Assembly (NCBI RefSeq): GCF_024521635.1
Contig: NW_026250404.1
Span: 1,550,001-1,614,000 of the forward strand
Origin: Tricharina praecox
Taxonomy: Eukaryota
DNA: 64,000 nucleotides
Direction: 5' to 3'
Both the position numbers and the translations under genes were made by a program. The stretch's first letter is position 1; each line of letters opens with the position of its first letter. The notes below the pieces were generated by a model. The model saw only the letters and a list, made by a program, of their open reading frames with translations, was not told where the DNA came from and made no database searches. Of this stretch, positions 60,265 to 64,000 are shown one piece after another.

Positions 60265-63200
60265 ATGTTTGACGACGACGAGCTTTTCGACGTGTTCGAC
60301 CAGGACGCCCCACCACCAGCGCAAGATCCCAGCGCTGAGCGACGGCCGAGAAAAAAACGCAACGCAAATGGCAACGGCCGTGCTGCGGGCGTAGACGATG
60401 TCGCTGCGGGAGAAGCCATGGCGGTGGACTCGGCTCCGCCGGCGGACAACCCCCACCAACAGCAAGCACAACAGACGGACGATCTGCCACAGCCGTTGAA
60501 TCCACCGTCCCCAAAACGGCGGCGCCGCACTCCTGCGGATGGCGCCCCTATCGTCACCGATGCCTTTCAGATTGAAGCTGTACGGGAGGTGCCGGCGTCG
60601 GGTGGTCTCACTTCGCAGAATACGGAGGGTCAATCCATCATCATCCCGCATCAAGTACGACATCAGGTTTCGCTTCCGTTAAACTACAAGTACCTACCGA
60701 TAGAAAACCACGTTTTTCATGATCCTCCAGCACGCAAATACTCCTTCGAGCTGGATCCCTTCCAGAAGACGTCAGTAGCGGCGATAGAGCGCGGCGAGAG
60801 TGTGCTTGTCAGCGCCCACACCAGTGCGGGAAAGACGGTGGTGGCGGAATATGCGATCGCGCAGAGTCTGCGGGACAACCAGAGGGTGATTTACACCAGT
60901 CCGATCAAGGCGCTGAGCAACCAGAAATTTCGGGAGTTCACTGCGGAATTTGGCGATGTGGGATTGATGACGGGTGATGTAACAATCAATCCGTCTGCGA
61001 CCTGTTTGGTTATGACCACCGAGATTCTGAGATCTATGCTGTACCGCGGATCGGAGGTGATGCGAGAGGTGCAATGGGTCATCTTCGACGAGATCCACTA
61101 CATGCGAGACAAGGCCCGAGGAGTGGTGTGGGAGGAGACCATCATTCTGCTGCCCGACAAAGTTAGATATGTGTTTTTGTCTGCTACCATTCCAAATGCC
61201 ATGCAGTTTGCGGAATGGATCTGTAAAACACATACACAGCCTTGTCACGTAGTCTACACCGATTTCAGACCTACGCCACTGCAGAATTATCTATTTCCCT
61301 CTGGCGCGGATGGCATCCACTTGGTCGTAGACGAGAAGGGCATCTTCCGGGAAGACAATTTCCAGAAAGCCATGGGCTCTCTGGGTGACGCCCATGGCGA
61401 GGACCCGTCCGATATCAATGCAAAGAGAGGCAAGGGGAAGAACAAGTGGCAGGTAAAGAAAGGAGGAAATAAAGGTATTGCTTCTCATTCCTCGTTGCCG
61501 GACAATACCGTGCTAACACATGACCAGGTCCCACTGATATCTACAAGATCGTGAAGATGATTATGATCAAGAACTACAATCCTGTCATTGTCTTTTCCTT
61601 CAGCAAGAGAGAGTGCGAAAACCACGCATTATCCATGAGCCAACTTGCGTTTAACGACGACGCCGAGAAAGATATGGTCGGGAAGGTCTTTGAGAACGCC
61701 ATCGGCTCGCTATCCGAGGAGGACCGTGGCTTGCCTCAAATACAGCACATTCTGCCGCTATTGCGCCGTGGAATTGGTATCCATCACTCTGGACTGTTGC
61801 CCATTCTCAAGGAGGTGATTGAGATCCTTTTCCAGGAGGGCTTGATCAAGGTCCTGTTTGCGACCGAGACCTTTTCCATTGGATTGAACATGCCGGCGAA
61901 GACTGTAGTCTTCACCAGTCTCCGGAAATTCGATGGAAAGGAGCAGAGATGGATCTCTCCTTCGGAGTTCGTGCAGATGGCCGGTCGTGCAGGTCGTCGT
62001 GGTCTCGATGACCGTGGTATCGTTATACTTATGATCGACGAGAAGATGGATCCACAGGTTGCCCGTAACATCGTCAAGGGAGAGCAGGACCGCCTGAACT
62101 CGGCGTTTTACCTGGGATACAACATGATTCTGAACTTGATCAGGGTGGAGGGAGTTTCGCCCGAGATGATGCTTGAGAAATGTTTCTATCAGTTCCAGAA
62201 TACTGCCGGTGTATCTGTGCTAGAGAAGGGTAATATATCCTTTGCATTATATGGTGTGATTATGATGCTAACGACGAGCTAGAACTTGGCGAATTGGAAC
62301 GGGAAAAGTCCCTTATTTCGATCGACGACGAGGCCACGGTACGAGAGTACTATGACTTACGGCAGAAACTTGACATGTATGCGAAGGACATGAGGGATGT
62401 CATCAACCACCCAAGCTATTGTCTCAAGTTCATGCAGCCCGGCCGTCTCGTCAAAGTCAAGTACGGCAATCACGATTTCGGCTGGGGAGCTGTCGTTGCT
62501 TATTCCAAGCGAGCACGCGGCAAGGTAAGCACCCGATGGCTTCGCTATTCTTGCTCACACTAATTCCGTCTAGGAGGAGTTCTCACCCCAAGAGAGTTAC
62601 GTTGTGGATGTCCTCTTGTGCGTCGCGCAGGACGCTCCTACATACACAAGGTCGAATCCCGACTTGCCACCGGGCGTCCGGCCACCTGCTGAGGGTGACA
62701 ATGGAAAGATGGAAGTCGTTCCAGTGTTGCTCTCATGCCTGGATGGTATCTCAGGACTCAGGATTTTCCTTCCCAATGATATGAAGCAAGCCGAGCAGCG
62801 AAATACCGCCAGGAAGAATATTGATGAGATCAAGCGCAGATTCGGTGATGGAATATCAATCCTTGACCCTGTCGAGAACATGAAGATTACAGACGATTCC
62901 TTCAGAGCTCTTCTCCGCGTAAGTCCCTTTTAGCTGGAATGCGTGTTACCCCGTAGCTAACTTGCTTTTCAGAAAATCGAGGTCCTCGAGTCGAAGTTGC
63001 TCGTGAATCCCTTGCACAACTCTCCTCGTCTTGTCGATCTCTACAACAAATATAGCTACAAGATGGAAATCACCGAGAAAATGAAAGCTACCAAGAAGAA
63101 GATCACGGTTGCTCATTCAATCATGCAGCTGGATGAATTGAAGTGCAGAAAGAGGGTGCTTAGACGGTTGGGGTTCATCAGTGACACTGATATCGTTCAG

Positions 63201-63885
63201 CTCAAGGCGAGGTTGGTCACTCCGGATGTTATAGGTATTATGGCCGTTACTGACGTATCTACAGAGTTGCCTGTGAAATCAGCTCCGGGGACGAACTGTT
63301 GCTTAGCGAGCTGCTGTTCAACCGGGTGTTCAACGAGCTTAGTCCTGAGCTGACCGCCGCACTTCTCAGCTGCTTCGTCTTTGAGGAGAAGAGTAATAAT
63401 GAGCTGCAGTTGAAGGAGGAACTTGCCGTGCCGTTTAGAGAACTGCAGGCGCAAGCCAAGCTGATTGCCAAGATATCGACCGAGAGCAAGTTGGCCGCCA
63501 TGACAGAAGACGAATACGTGCAGAAGTTCAAGCCGCAGTTGATGGAGGTTGTCTACGAGTGGTCGAAGGGGGCTTCTTTCTCGGCTATATGGTGAGACTT
63601 CCAATCCTTTATCATAAAGTTTATTATTTGCTAATACTTTTCCAGTAAAATGACCGACGTCTACGAAGGCAGCTTGATTCGTATGTTCCGTCGTCTCGAG
63701 GAATTGTTGCGACAAATGGCTCAGGCTGCGAGGGTCATGGGCAGTGATGAGCTGGAGAAGAAGTTTGAGGAGTCGCTGTCCAAGGTTAAACGAGGTGAGT
63801 TATCCCCATTACAGAATAAGCGGACCTTTCACTGACACCCTCTGTCTCTTCAGACATCGTTGCCGCTGCTTCACTCTACCTGTAG
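60265..63885 (+). CDS. MTR4: Ski2-like DExH RNA helicase Mtr4/Dob1; about seven introns, first 61475-61527
   Basis: [66 protein letters not shown]; arch/KOW region; C-terminal [19 protein letters not shown]...[11 protein letters not shown]. Confidence 0.98.
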
Positions 63886-64000
63886 ATGTGTCGACATATG
63901 AGACAAGTTTGTATATACCTTACGCCTAAACTGCTCGGAGTTTTTGATTGCAAACGGTAACCTAATGAACGAACGTACGTACGGAGAGCCAAAGGATTGT

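Overview
Eukaryotic DNA from a filamentous ascomycete. The short GT-AG introns with CTAAC/CTGAC branch points and the gene set show this; a Pezizomycete-like lineage is only my inference. The window has two very different halves. The left half (1-34.6 kb) is a microsatellite-rich gene desert with only two intact genes, ERV1 and an AT-hook + Zn(II)2Cys6 transcription factor, plus small TIR elements (MITE-like) and a probable pseudogene. The right half (34.6-64 kb) packs 14 conserved genes: COG5, NUP42/AMO1, ELYS-like, MAM33, TMA16, EXO1, FIG1, VPS51, RMI1, a HAD 'Swiss army knife' RNA-repair-family protein, NDC1, ELP1, COX8 (COX7C) and MTR4. The best unexplained signal is the 5' leader of the transcription factor. 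It has about 1.2 kb with no AUG, two overlapping uORFs further upstream, and a 91-codon in-frame extension. That extension could start at an AUA in ideal Kozak context followed by a hairpin, while the first AUG has a poor context. Other highlights: a TA-flanked foldback mini-element family, a head-to-head NUP42-ELYS pair near NDC1, non-canonical splice sites (GC donor, GAG and AAG acceptors), and a HAD protein with a possible dead 2H domain and an RGG tail. Gene identities are from motif recognition and splice models were read by hand; no database searches were run.
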